DNA of 64,000 nucleotides from Nitrospirota bacterium. Its GTDB lineage: Bacteria > Nitrospirota > UBA9217. Below the pieces are notes generated by a model. The model searched no databases and was not told where the DNA came from. It worked only from the letters and a program-made list of their open reading frames with translations. The stretch is taken from NCBI GenBank assembly GCA_963740085.1, contig CAVUCU010000001.1, positions 672,001-736,000 on the forward strand, in the 5' to 3' direction. A program made the translations under genes and the position numbers. This document shows positions 10,549 through 21,691 of the stretch, one piece after another; position 1 is the stretch's first letter, and the number at the start of each line of letters is the position of its first letter.

Positions 10549-10577
10549 CTCTGAGCCTTTTGTGACTTTTGTGGCTA
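10549..10577. repeat. Single arm of a degenerate 9-mer repeat element
   Basis: CTCTGAGCC-T-TTTGTGACT-TTTGTGGCT, resembling the right arm at 15991-16015. Confidence 0.55.
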
Positions 10578-10598
10578 ATAAAGACTTTTACGAGCTCA

Positions 10599-11276
10599 TC
10601 AATTCTTCACTTTCCCGATTTCAGCCAGCATCCTGTCGACAACCTGGTCGATGCTCAGAAGACTGGAATCGATCAGAAGCGCATCATCGGACTTTCTGAG
10701 CGGCGCGATCGAACGTCCGCTGTCCTGATGATCACGGTCTTTGATCTCCTGGGTGATCTTCGCGAGATCCACGTCCATGCCCTTTCCCTTCAGTTCACGG
10801 TAACGGCGCTTCCCCCGTTCCTCCGCGCCCGCCTCCAGAAAAAACTTCCGATCGGCGTCGGGGAACACGACGGTGCCGATGTCCCTGCCGTCCATCACCA
10901 CGCCGCCGTTTTTGCCGAGTTCCCGCTGCAGCGTAAGGAGCCGTGCGCGGACCGCGGGTGATTTCGAAACAGCGGACGCCATCATCCCCATCTCGGGTGT
11001 GCGGATCTCGTCGGTCACGTCAATGCCGTCCACATAGAACCGCGGATCGCTGTTGTCTTTCTTGATCGTCACCTCGGTGCGCCCGCACAGGTCCGCCATC
11101 ACATTCGCATCAGCCGGATCGAGCCGCTCTTTCTGCGCCTTCCATCCAATGGAGCGGTACATTGCACCGGTGTCGATATAGATGTAGCCAAGTCGCCTGG
11201 CCAATATCCGGGCAACCGTGCTCTTACCCGCCCCCGACGGTCCATCGATCGCTATCACCAGACCTTTTTCTTTCAT
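10599..11276 (-). CDS. cmk: Cytidylate kinase
   Basis: IAIDGPSGAGKST, IDTGAMYR, DGRDIGTVVFPDA. Confidence 0.97.
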   Translation of the reverse strand: MKEKGLVIAIDGPSGAGKSTVARILARRLGYIYIDTGAMYRSIGWKAQKERLDPADANVMADLCGRTEVTIKKDNSDPRFYVDGIDVTDEIRTPEMGMMASAVSKSPAVRARLLTLQRELGKNGGVVMDGRDIGTVVFPDADRKFFLEAGAEERGKRRYRELKGKGMDVDLAKITQEIKDRDHQDSGRSIAPLRKSDDALLIDSSLLSIDQVVDRMLAEIGKVKN

Positions 11277-11307
11277 AACTTGATTATAACCGTACAGAAG
11301 AGAATGT

Positions 11308-12640
<1,333 letters not shown>

Positions 12641-12643
12641 GAA

Positions 12644-13504
12644 CTATCCCAACTCTCTTCTGCGTCCGCTCGCTGCATGGAACAAGGCATCAAGCTTGTC
12701 CGCATCCTGGCTTTCGATCGCCTTCTTTATGCTGCTGAGCGCGGACTGATACCGTTCGATCATTTCAATGATATTTTCCCCGTTCAGCAGGCAGACATCC
12801 CTCCACATTTCCGGGGAGCTCGCCGCGATCCTGGTGAAATCACGGAATCCGGCGCCTGAAAAACTCATGTAGTTCTCGGGACCTGCATTGAATTCAGCGA
12901 CCGTATTCACCATGGCAAATGCCGCCGCATGCGGGAGATGGCTCACCGCGGCAAAAATATGGTCGTGAGCGTCCGCATCCATCAACACCACGTTCGCGCC
13001 GGCAGCCGACCAGAGCGCTTTCACCGCTTCCAGCGCCTGCGGGTCTGTCTTTGCCGTCGGAGTAAGGATGCATTTCGCGCCTCGAAACAGTGTCTCGGTC
13101 GCCTCGGCCACGCCGTGCTTTTCCTTGCCCGCAATAGGATGGCCGGGAACATAGTGAACGCCGGCAGGAAGCATTGCCTCGATCCGTTTGACCAGCGCTC
13201 CCTTGACACTGCCCACATCAGTGAGGATCGCGCCCTGTTTCAATCCGGATCCGATCACGGCGAGGATATGCTCGAATGCGCCGACCGGAGAAGCGAGGAC
13301 CACCAGATCCGCGTCCTCAACGGACCGTAACAGGACCTGATCCATGCGGTCGATCACGCCGAGTTTAAGCGCCAGATCGAGCGTCTCCCTGCTTCTGCCC
13401 GCGCCTACGATTTGGCCCGCAAGCCCCTTGGTTTTCAGAACCTTCCCAAGCGAACCGCCGACCAGGCCGACGCCGATGATGGTGGCTTTATTGAAGTGAA
13501 TCAT
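12644..13504 (-). CDS. tyrA: Prephenate/arogenate dehydrogenase
   Basis: IIGVGLVGGS, TDVGSVK, GHPIAG, SHLPH, GFRDFTRIAASSPEMW. Confidence 0.95.
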   Translation of the reverse strand: MIHFNKATIIGVGLVGGSLGKVLKTKGLAGQIVGAGRSRETLDLALKLGVIDRMDQVLLRSVEDADLVVLASPVGAFEHILAVIGSGLKQGAILTDVGSVKGALVKRIEAMLPAGVHYVPGHPIAGKEKHGVAEATETLFRGAKCILTPTAKTDPQALEAVKALWSAAGANVVLMDADAHDHIFAAVSHLPHAAAFAMVNTVAEFNAGPENYMSFSGAGFRDFTRIAASSPEMWRDVCLLNGENIIEMIERYQSALSSIKKAIESQDADKLDALFHAASGRRRELG

Positions 13505-13514
13505 ACTCTTTAGA

Positions 13515-13631
13515 AAATCCGATGCACAAAAACCCTACACCCTAATAATATCTAATTACCAAAATTCAAAAATCGTTTAATCGATTGAACTTCGGATGTA
13601 TTTAGTATTTAGATATTAGAATTTCGGATTT
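13515..13631. repeat. Heptamer-period inverted-repeat element (AAATCCG... / ...CGGATTT)
   Basis: Left arm AAATCCGATGCAC..., right arm ...ATTTAGATATTAGAATTTCGGATTT; between aroF and tyrA. Confidence 0.8.
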
Positions 13632-13639
13632 GTCTCTCT

Positions 13640-14653
13640 TTATATTTCCCTTCCCACAGCCTTCGCGATCAGCCTCAACTCGTCCATCAGCACCTTGAAA
13701 CTTTTCGGTTTGAGGGATTGTTCTCCGTCGCAGAGAGCCTCCTCGGGATTGGAATGCACTTCGATGATGAGGCCGTCCGCTCCCGCGGCGACAGCCGCCT
13801 TTGCCATGGGTGCTACCAGGTCCCATTTTCCGACCGCGTGGCTCGGGTCGACAATGACCGGCAGATGCGTCATCTGCTTCAGCACGGGCACGGCGGAAAG
13901 ATCGAGTGTGTTCCGCGTCGCCGTCTCGTAGGTGCGGATGCCGCGCTCGCACAGGATCACCTGATGATTGCCGCCGGCCATGATATATTCGGCGGACATA
14001 AGCCATTCCTTGATCGTGGCGGAGATGCCGCGCTTCAGGAGCACCGGTTTCTTGCACATCCCCACTTCCTTGAGCAGCCTGAAGTTCTGCATGTTCCGGG
14101 CGCCGATCTGGAGCACGTCGGCGTACCTGGCGATCATCTCGATGTCCCGGGGATCCATCACCTCGGTCACAATGGGAAGTCCGGTCCGCTCGCGCGCCTC
14201 GGCAAGATATCTGAGCCCTTCTTCTTCCAGTCCCTGAAATGCGTACGGCGAGGTCCGCGGCTTGAACGCACCGCCGCGAATGAACGTGGCACCGGAGTTC
14301 TTCACCTCTTGTGAGATCTCGATGAGCAGCGTTTTATTCTCAACGGCACAGGGACCTGCCATGACGACGACACGCTTGCCGCCGATCTCCTGCCCGCCGA
14401 CGCTGATGACGGTCTTCTCTCTCCGGAACTCCCAGCTCGCCAGCTTAAACGGTTTCAGGATCGGGAGCACCTTCTCAACACCCGGGATGGCCTCGAGCGG
14501 CATGCTCTGAAGGATCGCCTCGTCGCCGATGGCACCGATGATCGTCCTTTCCGTGCCCTTTGAAACATGGGCCTGAAGGCCGTGGTCCTTGATCTTTTTT
14601 ATAATGTGATCTATCTGTTCAAGAGTCGCATCTGGTTTTACGACGATGATCAT
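13640..14653 (-). CDS. aroF: DAHP synthase class I-beta with N-terminal ACT-like regulatory domain
   Basis: [45 protein letters not shown]. Confidence 0.95.
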   Translation of the reverse strand: MIIVVKPDATLEQIDHIIKKIKDHGLQAHVSKGTERTIIGAIGDEAILQSMPLEAIPGVEKVLPILKPFKLASWEFRREKTVISVGGQEIGGKRVVVMAGPCAVENKTLLIEISQEVKNSGATFIRGGAFKPRTSPYAFQGLEEEGLRYLAEARERTGLPIVTEVMDPRDIEMIARYADVLQIGARNMQNFRLLKEVGMCKKPVLLKRGISATIKEWLMSAEYIMAGGNHQVILCERGIRTYETATRNTLDLSAVPVLKQMTHLPVIVDPSHAVGKWDLVAPMAKAAVAAGADGLIIEVHSNPEEALCDGEQSLKPKSFKVLMDELRLIAKAVGREI

Positions 14654-14672
14654 GGTGATCCTTTCCTGAAAC

Positions 14673-14782
14673 AAATCCTAAGCACGAATATCTAAACTCT
14701 AAACAACGCTGAATTCCAAAGGACAAATCCTTTATTTTGATATTCGAAATTGTCTAGGATTTCGCGTTCGAGTTTGGAATTT
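14673..14782. repeat. Heptamer-period inverted-repeat element, homologous to 13515-13631
   Basis: AAATCCTAAGCACGAATATCTAAACTCTAAAC ... GTCTAGGATTTCGCGTTCGAGTTTGGAATTT; overlaps the hisC stop. Confidence 0.8.
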
Positions 14783-15857
14783 ACCCTTTAACGACCTTCT
14801 CCAACTCGCCCACGAAGCGCTTGTTTTCTTCCGGCAGCCCGATCGTGACGCGGAGCCAGTTGCCGCCCATGGGCCGGATGATCACACCTTGCTTAAGGAG
14901 CGCGGCATAGAGCTCCCTGCCGTCGAGGCGGGTCTCGAACATGATAAAATTGGCTTCCGTGTGGATGTACGATATGCCGAGCCGTTGGAAGGCCTGATAC
15001 AGGATCTGCTTGCCTTCGTTGTTGACCGCGATCGACTTCTCGACATGTTTCCGGTCAGCAAGCGCCGCCAGGGCTCCGATCTGGGCCAGCGAGTTCGTGT
15101 TGAACGGCTGCCGCACCTTGTTCATCAGCTCCGCGATCTCCGGTGTCGTGATGCCGTAACCGATGCGAAGTCCGGCAAGACCATAGATCTTCGAAAACGT
15201 CCGCAGCGACAGGACGTTCTTTCCCGCCTTAAGGTGAACCAGAGAATCAGGATAATCAGCATGAGTAACATATTCGAAGTACGCTTCATCCAGCGCAACG
15301 ATCACCTGGTCCGGAATCCGGTCCATGAACCGGTCCATCTCCGCCTTCGTGTTCATGGTGCCGGTAGGGTTGTTCGGGTTGGCAATAAAAATGATCCTGG
15401 TCTTCGGTGTGATCCGCCCTGCCATGGCATCGAGGTCATGCCGCATATCCCTGCAGGGGACGATGATGTTCGTTCCGCCCCCCGCCTGGGTGATCATCTT
15501 GTACACAACAAAGGACGGATCAGCCGAAATGATCTCGTCCCCCGGCTGAACGAACGTGCGCACCACGAGCTCAATGAGTTCATTCGAGCCGTTGCCCAGG
15601 ATGATCTGGTTGAGGTCCACCCCGTACTTCCGCGCAAGCGCCTGGGAAAGGTAAAATCCACTGCCGTCGGGATACCGGTTCAAACCTTCAACGGCTTTTT
15701 TGATCGCCGCAATCGCTTTTGGCGAGGGTCCGAGGGGGTTCTCGTTCGAAGCCAGTTTGATGCTGCCGCTGATCCCCAACTCGCGCTCCAGTTCCTCGAT
15801 CGGCTTTCCCGGAACGTAGGGGGAGATGCTGCTGATGTTTTCTGAGACTGCGATCAT
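14781..15857 (-). CDS. hisC: Histidinol-phosphate/aromatic aminotransferase
   Basis: KLASNENPLG, GNGSNE, NPNNPTG, DEAY, RTFSKIYGLAGLRIGY. Confidence 0.95.
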   Translation of the reverse strand: MIAVSENISSISPYVPGKPIEELERELGISGSIKLASNENPLGPSPKAIAAIKKAVEGLNRYPDGSGFYLSQALARKYGVDLNQIILGNGSNELIELVVRTFVQPGDEIISADPSFVVYKMITQAGGGTNIIVPCRDMRHDLDAMAGRITPKTRIIFIANPNNPTGTMNTKAEMDRFMDRIPDQVIVALDEAYFEYVTHADYPDSLVHLKAGKNVLSLRTFSKIYGLAGLRIGYGITTPEIAELMNKVRQPFNTNSLAQIGALAALADRKHVEKSIAVNNEGKQILYQAFQRLGISYIHTEANFIMFETRLDGRELYAALLKQGVIIRPMGGNWLRVTIGLPEENKRFVGELEKVVKG

Positions 15858-15914
15858 CGCTTTACTCCGTTTAACGAAAGAATTAAATTCTACCCAGAAT
15901 GGAAACAAGATTCA

Positions 15915-16015
15915 GCCACGAAGGCTCCAAGAAACAAAGAAAACATGAAGCATTAAGGACTGAATAAATCGCGAATCTCTTTATGAATTTCTTCGTGCCT
16001 TCGTGTCTTTGTGGC
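15915..16015. repeat. Nonamer-period inverted-repeat element
   Basis: GCCACGAAG-GCTCCAAGA-AACAAAGAA ... CTTCGTGCC-TTCGTGTCT-TTGTGGC. Confidence 0.8.
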
Positions 16016-16048
16016 ATATTTGGATCCGGTTTTTCCGGGTTAGGTTTT

Positions 16049-16085
16049 ATTCTGCAATCCGAATTCTGCAATCCGCATTTGCAAT
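16049..16085. repeat. Heptamer array ATTCTGC/AATCCG(A/C) abutting the pheA stop
   Basis: ATTCTGC AATCCGA ATTCTGC AATCCGC ATTTGCAAT. Confidence 0.8.
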
Positions 16086-17158
16086 CATCCGCTTTTCGGA
16101 TACGAACCCAGCACCTTCAGGAACATGCAGTCTTGCCGCAAGCGTTCGATGGCCGCCGCGACCTTTGCGTCCTCGATATGGCCTTCCATGTCAAGAAAGA
16201 ACACGTAATCCCAGACCTTCCGTCCTGATGGCCGGGCATCCAGCCTGTTCAGGTTGATGCCGCTTTCTGCAAAGGGCGCAAGCATGGTGTAGAGCGCTCC
16301 CACCTTGTCCTTGATGGAGAACATGATCGAGGTCTTGTCACGGCCTGTTTTCCCCGGAGATTTCGGGGCTATGACCAGGAAACGTGTGATATTACTGGTG
16401 CTGTCCTCGATCTTTTTCCCCGCGATCTGAAGCCCATACAGAACCGCCGCCATCTCGCTCGCGATCGCCCCGACTGTCGGATCGTCCGAAGCCATTTCCG
16501 CGGCCCTCGCTGTGCTCGGCGCGTCCAGGATCGGCACGCCGGACAGGTTTTTTTCGAGCCACTGCCTGCATTGTGCCGCCGCGGGCGCGATCGTATAGAT
16601 CTTTTGTATGTCCTCGAGCTTGCCCGTCTTGTTCAAAAGATGCTGTGACACTTCGAGCATGATCTCGGCAGATATCTTGAGGTCCGAGTCGATGAACATG
16701 TCGAGGGTATAGATCACCGCGCCTGACGCGGAATTTTCAATGGGCACCACGCCGTAGTCCGCCCGGCCGCGCTCCACCTCATTGAACACGTCCTTGATGC
16801 TTTCCACGGGTACGTACTGCGCGGCGAGACCGAACTGCTGCATTCCGGCCATGTGCGTAAACGTGGCGCGGGGGCCAAGATATGCTACTTTGAGCGGACG
16901 CTCGAGCGACAGGGATGAAGAAAGGATCTCGCGATACACCGCCCGCAAGGTGTCCTGAGGGAACGGCCCCTTGTTGCGCGCAGTGAGGCGTTCGAGGATC
17001 TCCTGCTCCCGTGACGGAGAATGGAAATCGAGCTTCTCGGCTTTTTTTATGTCACCAACCTCGATGACATATCGGGCGCGTTTATTGAGCATATCGACCA
17101 GTTTTTCGTCGATCTCGTCTATCTTCTTACGAAGGTCTTGTATTTTCTGTTTAGACAT
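16085..17158 (-). CDS. pheA: Chorismate mutase/prephenate dehydratase (P-protein)
   Basis: LRKKIDEID CM domain; AYLGP, VPIENS, NITRF, ACT domain ...RPS...WDYVFFLD...LGSYP. Confidence 0.95.
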   Translation of the reverse strand: MSKQKIQDLRKKIDEIDEKLVDMLNKRARYVIEVGDIKKAEKLDFHSPSREQEILERLTARNKGPFPQDTLRAVYREILSSSLSLERPLKVAYLGPRATFTHMAGMQQFGLAAQYVPVESIKDVFNEVERGRADYGVVPIENSASGAVIYTLDMFIDSDLKISAEIMLEVSQHLLNKTGKLEDIQKIYTIAPAAAQCRQWLEKNLSGVPILDAPSTARAAEMASDDPTVGAIASEMAAVLYGLQIAGKKIEDSTSNITRFLVIAPKSPGKTGRDKTSIMFSIKDKVGALYTMLAPFAESGINLNRLDARPSGRKVWDYVFFLDMEGHIEDAKVAAAIERLRQDCMFLKVLGSYPKSG

Positions 17159-17193
17159 AAGCGGTTAAAAACCTGCCTGACGGGGATTTGCGA

Positions 17194-17222
17194 ATTATAG
17201 TTTATTTTTTAAGCAGTTGCAA
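17194..17222 (-). promoter_or_regulatory. Sigma70 promoter for the pheA superoperon
   Basis: TTGCAA-N17-TATAAT on the minus strand, 35 nt upstream of the pheA ATG. Confidence 0.65.
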
Positions 17223-17287
17223 GGACTTTTTGGGCCGGGGGCTCATGCAATGTTTCGTCATTTACTTTTATCCCATTTTGAGGAATA

Positions 17288-18355
17288 ATGAAATCCTGGA
17301 AATTCATCATGGACATCACACTCTTAAACGACATCAAATTCAACTGCGACGTCTCCGATGCTCAGTTTTGGGGATATTTCTCGGTCTGCGGACTCTTGAT
17401 GCGGTATCGCGACCTCTTTCGGTCCGAGAAAGGCCTGAAACCGTGGGCCGAGATCAACCGTGAAGAGATCATGTCCTGGATCTCCAGCAAGGAATCGCGC
17501 TGGCCGGAACTGGAGGAGCAGGGTTTCCGAAACCTGACGATCGGGGAGAATACCTATGGGCCATTCGATGTCGTCGAAATCAATCATGCCCTGAAAGATC
17601 AAGCTCTTATTTACGGCGCAGGCTACGGCATGTATATGAAACCCACCTTCTTTCTTGCGGAACTCCGTTCCCTTTGCAAGATCTCCGATTTGACCGTGTA
17701 TACCTCGGGTGCCGAATTCATCCGGGACCTCTTTACCGCGCCCGGCATGCTCCAGGAAAGAAGCATCTATCTTCGGCTTGAGCCGCTCACGATGCTGCTC
17801 CTGTACAAGGCATCTGAACTGAACGCGAGGAACGCTTCGCCGCTTGATGATGCCTTTGCACAGTACGGCTTGCAACACCGGCAGATCCTCGATGAGACAT
17901 TCGAAAAGAAGCTTGGGGAGATGGCGGAACGGTATTCTGAAATACTGCTCTGTCATGAGATCGCGGAGGCGCGGGAAGAAGTACCCGATTGGAAAGAACT
18001 TCTTTCCCGGGCCGGAGACCGGAAAGTGGAGCTTTATTTGCGAGCAATCAAAGATCTGATCGCCGACACCTCGGACCACGGCCCTTACAAGAGGCTCGTC
18101 GACACAGAAGACCGAGGTGCGCTCAGTCTCACGATAGCGCTCATGGAGGGATATCGGAGGGTCATCTACCCGGAGATGCAAAAAGCCTACAATGAATTTT
18201 CCCGGAACAGGGATTGGTCGGTAATCGAACGATCACGTCGGGGCGGATACGAACGCTTCCGATCGCAAAGAGACGCCGTGGTGGATCTCTATCATATCAG
18301 CGGCGGAAAAGATGATTTTACCCGGAAGATCAGGGAACTTATCGAGACCACCTGA
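17288..18355 (+). CDS. Conserved hypothetical protein (resembles the Sfum_1244 family)
   Basis: NCDVSDA..WG.FSVCGLL.R.RDL, GYG..MKPTFFL, HEIAE. Family recognised from memory. Confidence 0.7.
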   Translation: MKSWKFIMDITLLNDIKFNCDVSDAQFWGYFSVCGLLMRYRDLFRSEKGLKPWAEINREEIMSWISSKESRWPELEEQGFRNLTIGENTYGPFDVVEINHALKDQALIYGAGYGMYMKPTFFLAELRSLCKISDLTVYTSGAEFIRDLFTAPGMLQERSIYLRLEPLTMLLLYKASELNARNASPLDDAFAQYGLQHRQILDETFEKKLGEMAERYSEILLCHEIAEAREEVPDWKELLSRAGDRKVELYLRAIKDLIADTSDHGPYKRLVDTEDRGALSLTIALMEGYRRVIYPEMQKAYNEFSRNRDWSVIERSRRGGYERFRSQRDAVVDLYHISGGKDDFTRKIRELIETT

Positions 18356-18430
18356 CGCGGACAAACGGAACTAAGCAGGAATTTTAGAGACGAGCTTAAA
18401 GTTTTTATCTGGCTGCACACAACCCACCGC

Positions 18431-20740
18431 TCACGTCTTCAGCTTTTCAGCCTCTACCCAGGCGTCGATCGCACCCGGTTCCATGGGCACTGAGATCAGG
18501 AACCCCTGCCCGAACTGGCATTGCATATTCTGCATATTCACCAACTGGTGGTTCATTTCCACGCCTTCGGCGATCACGTCAAAATGCATGCCGGCGGCCA
18601 GAGAGAGGATCGACTGAATGATCTCCTTGTTCTTGCCGTCTGCGGAGAGCTTTTTGATGAACGATCGGTCGATTTTGATTGCGTCGATCGGAAAGCGGTG
18701 CAGATAGCTCAGCGAGGAATAGCCTGTGCCAAAATCATCGATGTGGATCTGGACGCCCATGCGCCTCAACTGTTGCATCGTTTCTATCGCAGTATCGACG
18801 TTTTCCATGATCATGCTCTCCGTCAACTCGAGCGCCAGCGTGTGCGCGTCGATCCCAGTCTCCGTGATGATGGCGGACACCTTGCCTGCGAGATCGCCCT
18901 GCATGAACTGTTTGCCCGAAATATTGACGCTCATCTTGAGCGGGGGCTGCTCGGGATACCGGTCCTGGAGCACCCGCAGTTCATGGCAGGACTCCCGGAG
19001 GATCCACTCGCCGATGGTGTTGATCAGACCATTCTCCTCGGCCATGGGGATGAATTCCAGGGGATAGATGAGGCCCCTCGTGGGATGGTTCCACCGAACA
19101 AGGGCCTCGAAAGCGATCAACTGGCGTGTCTTCAGGTCGATTATGGGCTGATAGAAGAGGACGAACTCCTTGTGGTCCAGCGCCCCGCGCATATCGGCCT
19201 CGAGCTGCAGCCGGTCCAGGATGTTCGCATGCATCTTGGGGTCGAAGATCTCGTGGCACGCACTGCCCCTTGCCTTTGCCTGGTACATGGCGATGTCCGC
19301 ATCGCGCAGCGCCTGTTCGGGCCTCTCATAGTGCTCGGAGCTCATGGCGATCCCGATGCTCACGGACGAGAATACTTCATTTTCCTTGACCAGGAGCGGC
19401 GCCGACAGTTTATGATGGATCCGTTCGGCCACCTCAACAGCATCCTTCACTTCATTTATGTTATGAAGGAGCACGGCGAACTCGTCTCCGCCGAGGCGCG
19501 CGACCGTATCTCCCGGACGGAGGCACTCTGACAACTTCTGCCCCATGACGACAAGGATCTGGTCGCCCACCGTATGCCCCAGGCTGTCATTGATTATCTT
19601 AAACCGGTCCATATCGAGGAATAGTACCGCGTAGACCTCGTTGGGGCGTCGCTTCGACACGGTTATGATGTGCTGGAGCCGGTCCATGAAGAGGGCGCGG
19701 TTCGGAAGCCCCGTCAGGGCGTCGTGAAAAGCATTGTATACCAGCTGGTCGTCCACTGTTTTTTTCGACGTGATGTCGGTCTGGGAGCCGGCCATTCGAT
19801 ACGCATGGCCTTCCTGGTCCCTTATCGCCAGCCCCCGGTTGAGAACCCAGCGGTACATCCCGTCCTTGTGGATGATCCGGTACTCGCTTTCAAAATGCTC
19901 GCTCCGTCCGCTGAGGTGGGCGGCGATCTTGGCTTCGACTTCACCGCGATCGTCGGGATGGACCCTGCGAAACCATTCTTCCGGGTAACCGCTGATATTC
20001 TTCTCATCGTACCCAAGCATCGTTTTCCACCGGATGGAGTAATAGACCAGGTTGGTCCGCAGGTCCCAGTCCCACAGTCCGTCGTTCGCACCGCGGGCAG
20101 CCAGGGCATACCGTTCTTCGCTTTCGCGGAGCGCCTCCTCGGCCCGCTTACGTTCCGTGATATCCTGCGTGTACTCAATAACGTGCGATACCTGGCCCTC
20201 ACTGTCAAGGATAGGATAGGTATGTATCGCGACCCAGGTTTTTGTTCCGTCCAATGAATGCACTTCTTTTTCCCTGGCGCAGGGATTTATGGATAAAGAC
20301 GTTTCTTGTACAATACAGTCATCACAGGCACTGCTCCTCTTCAGAAGGGTATCAAAACATGTTTTCCCGATCAGATCATCAAGCCTCGTGTACTTCAAAT
20401 GCGCATAGGCCTCGTTCGCCCGGATGATCTTGTAGTCGCGGTCGATGATGCAAAAAGGGTCTTGAATGCTGTCGAAGATGGTATTGAGAAAGGACTCGGA
20501 CTTCTTCAGCGCCTCCGCGGTTTGTTGGTGCTCCTTCATCTCCTCCTCAAGCTTATTGATTGGTTTGGTTAACTCCCGGGTCAGGATCACGACGGCTGTG
20601 ACGACAAGGACAAAGGTCATGACCCAGACAAGACCAACGATCGTCTCATTGGTGTTCCCTTTGTACGTGGTGGTAAACACCCCCCCAAGAATGGAAAACA
20701 AAAACACGGTGAGCAGGGATAAAATGATATTCCGCTTCAT
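18431..20740 (-). CDS. Membrane-anchored PAS-PAS-GGDEF-EAL protein
   Basis: Two N-terminal TMs, PAS (ANDGLWDWD), RLGGDEF, FEALVRW, DDFGTGYSSL. Confidence 0.93.
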   Translation of the reverse strand: MKRNIILSLLTVFLFSILGGVFTTTYKGNTNETIVGLVWVMTFVLVVTAVVILTRELTKPINKLEEEMKEHQQTAEALKKSESFLNTIFDSIQDPFCIIDRDYKIIRANEAYAHLKYTRLDDLIGKTCFDTLLKRSSACDDCIVQETSLSINPCAREKEVHSLDGTKTWVAIHTYPILDSEGQVSHVIEYTQDITERKRAEEALRESEERYALAARGANDGLWDWDLRTNLVYYSIRWKTMLGYDEKNISGYPEEWFRRVHPDDRGEVEAKIAAHLSGRSEHFESEYRIIHKDGMYRWVLNRGLAIRDQEGHAYRMAGSQTDITSKKTVDDQLVYNAFHDALTGLPNRALFMDRLQHIITVSKRRPNEVYAVLFLDMDRFKIINDSLGHTVGDQILVVMGQKLSECLRPGDTVARLGGDEFAVLLHNINEVKDAVEVAERIHHKLSAPLLVKENEVFSSVSIGIAMSSEHYERPEQALRDADIAMYQAKARGSACHEIFDPKMHANILDRLQLEADMRGALDHKEFVLFYQPIIDLKTRQLIAFEALVRWNHPTRGLIYPLEFIPMAEENGLINTIGEWILRESCHELRVLQDRYPEQPPLKMSVNISGKQFMQGDLAGKVSAIITETGIDAHTLALELTESMIMENVDTAIETMQQLRRMGVQIHIDDFGTGYSSLSYLHRFPIDAIKIDRSFIKKLSADGKNKEIIQSILSLAAGMHFDVIAEGVEMNHQLVNMQNMQCQFGQGFLISVPMEPGAIDAWVEAEKLKT

Positions 20741-20795
20741 AGATTGACCTCCTTCCCCTGCATTCATGCCACGACCTATACCAATACTTGTAATG

Positions 20796-20824
20796 ATTAT
20801 AATCCATTATGAGCAAGTTGTCAA
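20796..20824 (-). promoter_or_regulatory. Consensus sigma70 promoter of the GGDEF-EAL gene
   Basis: Exact TTGACA-N17-TATAAT. Confidence 0.75.
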
Positions 20825-21012
20825 CATTTATTGTTATTGGCCGTTTTTTTTTGTAATTAGATCCCACGGCTCGGATGCGGGTAATAGGAGGTATTGCTCT
20901 TGTCGCACTGCCCGTTTCCCCGGCCCTAAGGCTGACAACTGTCCGTAAAATATTTAATGAGCATCTTGTTCGAATAAAGAAGGCCGTTAAAAAGGGATAT
21001 GAGGGGTTTTGG

Positions 21013-21660
21013 TTAGTCGGTCGAGCGGGAGCCGGTTTGTTCAAGCATGGCAACCAGCTTGCCCCAGTTGAAGGTCTGGATGTTCAGGATCTGTGCGCGA
21101 ATGAGTTTGATCGCCTGAACAAGGTCCCCTTCCCTCTTCATGTTATAGAACGGCAGCAACGCGGCGAACGCCCGGTCCGTATAGTCAGCGATGGGAACGA
21201 GCACGTCATCCCGCCTCGTATAGTAAGGGTCTTCTCCCGGTGCACAGGGGGTAGTGAAGACGTTGAACTGCCGGCAGCCGATAGGCCGGAAAGGATGGAT
21301 GGAGCACGAAGCGTCGATTAAAAAAGGACAGGGAGAATCCGCCGTATGGGCGGCGAGACGGATTTTCAGCGCATCCCGGGTGGTCGCGGGCAATTTTTCA
21401 ACGACATACCAGTAGATGCCGACCAGTTCGTGGGGATAGAGAGGCAGATCTTTTTGATGCTCACAGCAATTGCCGCATCCTTTGCCGCAGGCGAGTTTCT
21501 TCTTCTGTTTTTTTTCAGAGTCCCGCAGTGCAACTGATATTCCCGTGTCCGCAAGAGCGTACGCGTCTAACAGCATCGGCAGCCACGGGAGACGCTTTTC
21601 TTCCTCCGGAAAATGCAACCGCCGTGAAAGGCCACCCCTGGTCTTATTTGTTTTTTTCAT
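21013..21660 (-). CDS. YkgJ/UPF0153-family cysteine-cluster protein
   Basis: CGKGCGNCC, CPFL...CSIHPFRPIGCRQF. Confidence 0.85.
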   Translation of the reverse strand: MKKTNKTRGGLSRRLHFPEEEKRLPWLPMLLDAYALADTGISVALRDSEKKQKKKLACGKGCGNCCEHQKDLPLYPHELVGIYWYVVEKLPATTRDALKIRLAAHTADSPCPFLIDASCSIHPFRPIGCRQFNVFTTPCAPGEDPYYTRRDDVLVPIADYTDRAFAALLPFYNMKREGDLVQAIKLIRAQILNIQTFNWGKLVAMLEQTGSRSTD

Positions 21661-21691
21661 TCCGACCTCCGCATTTCCGCCTCCAAACCTC

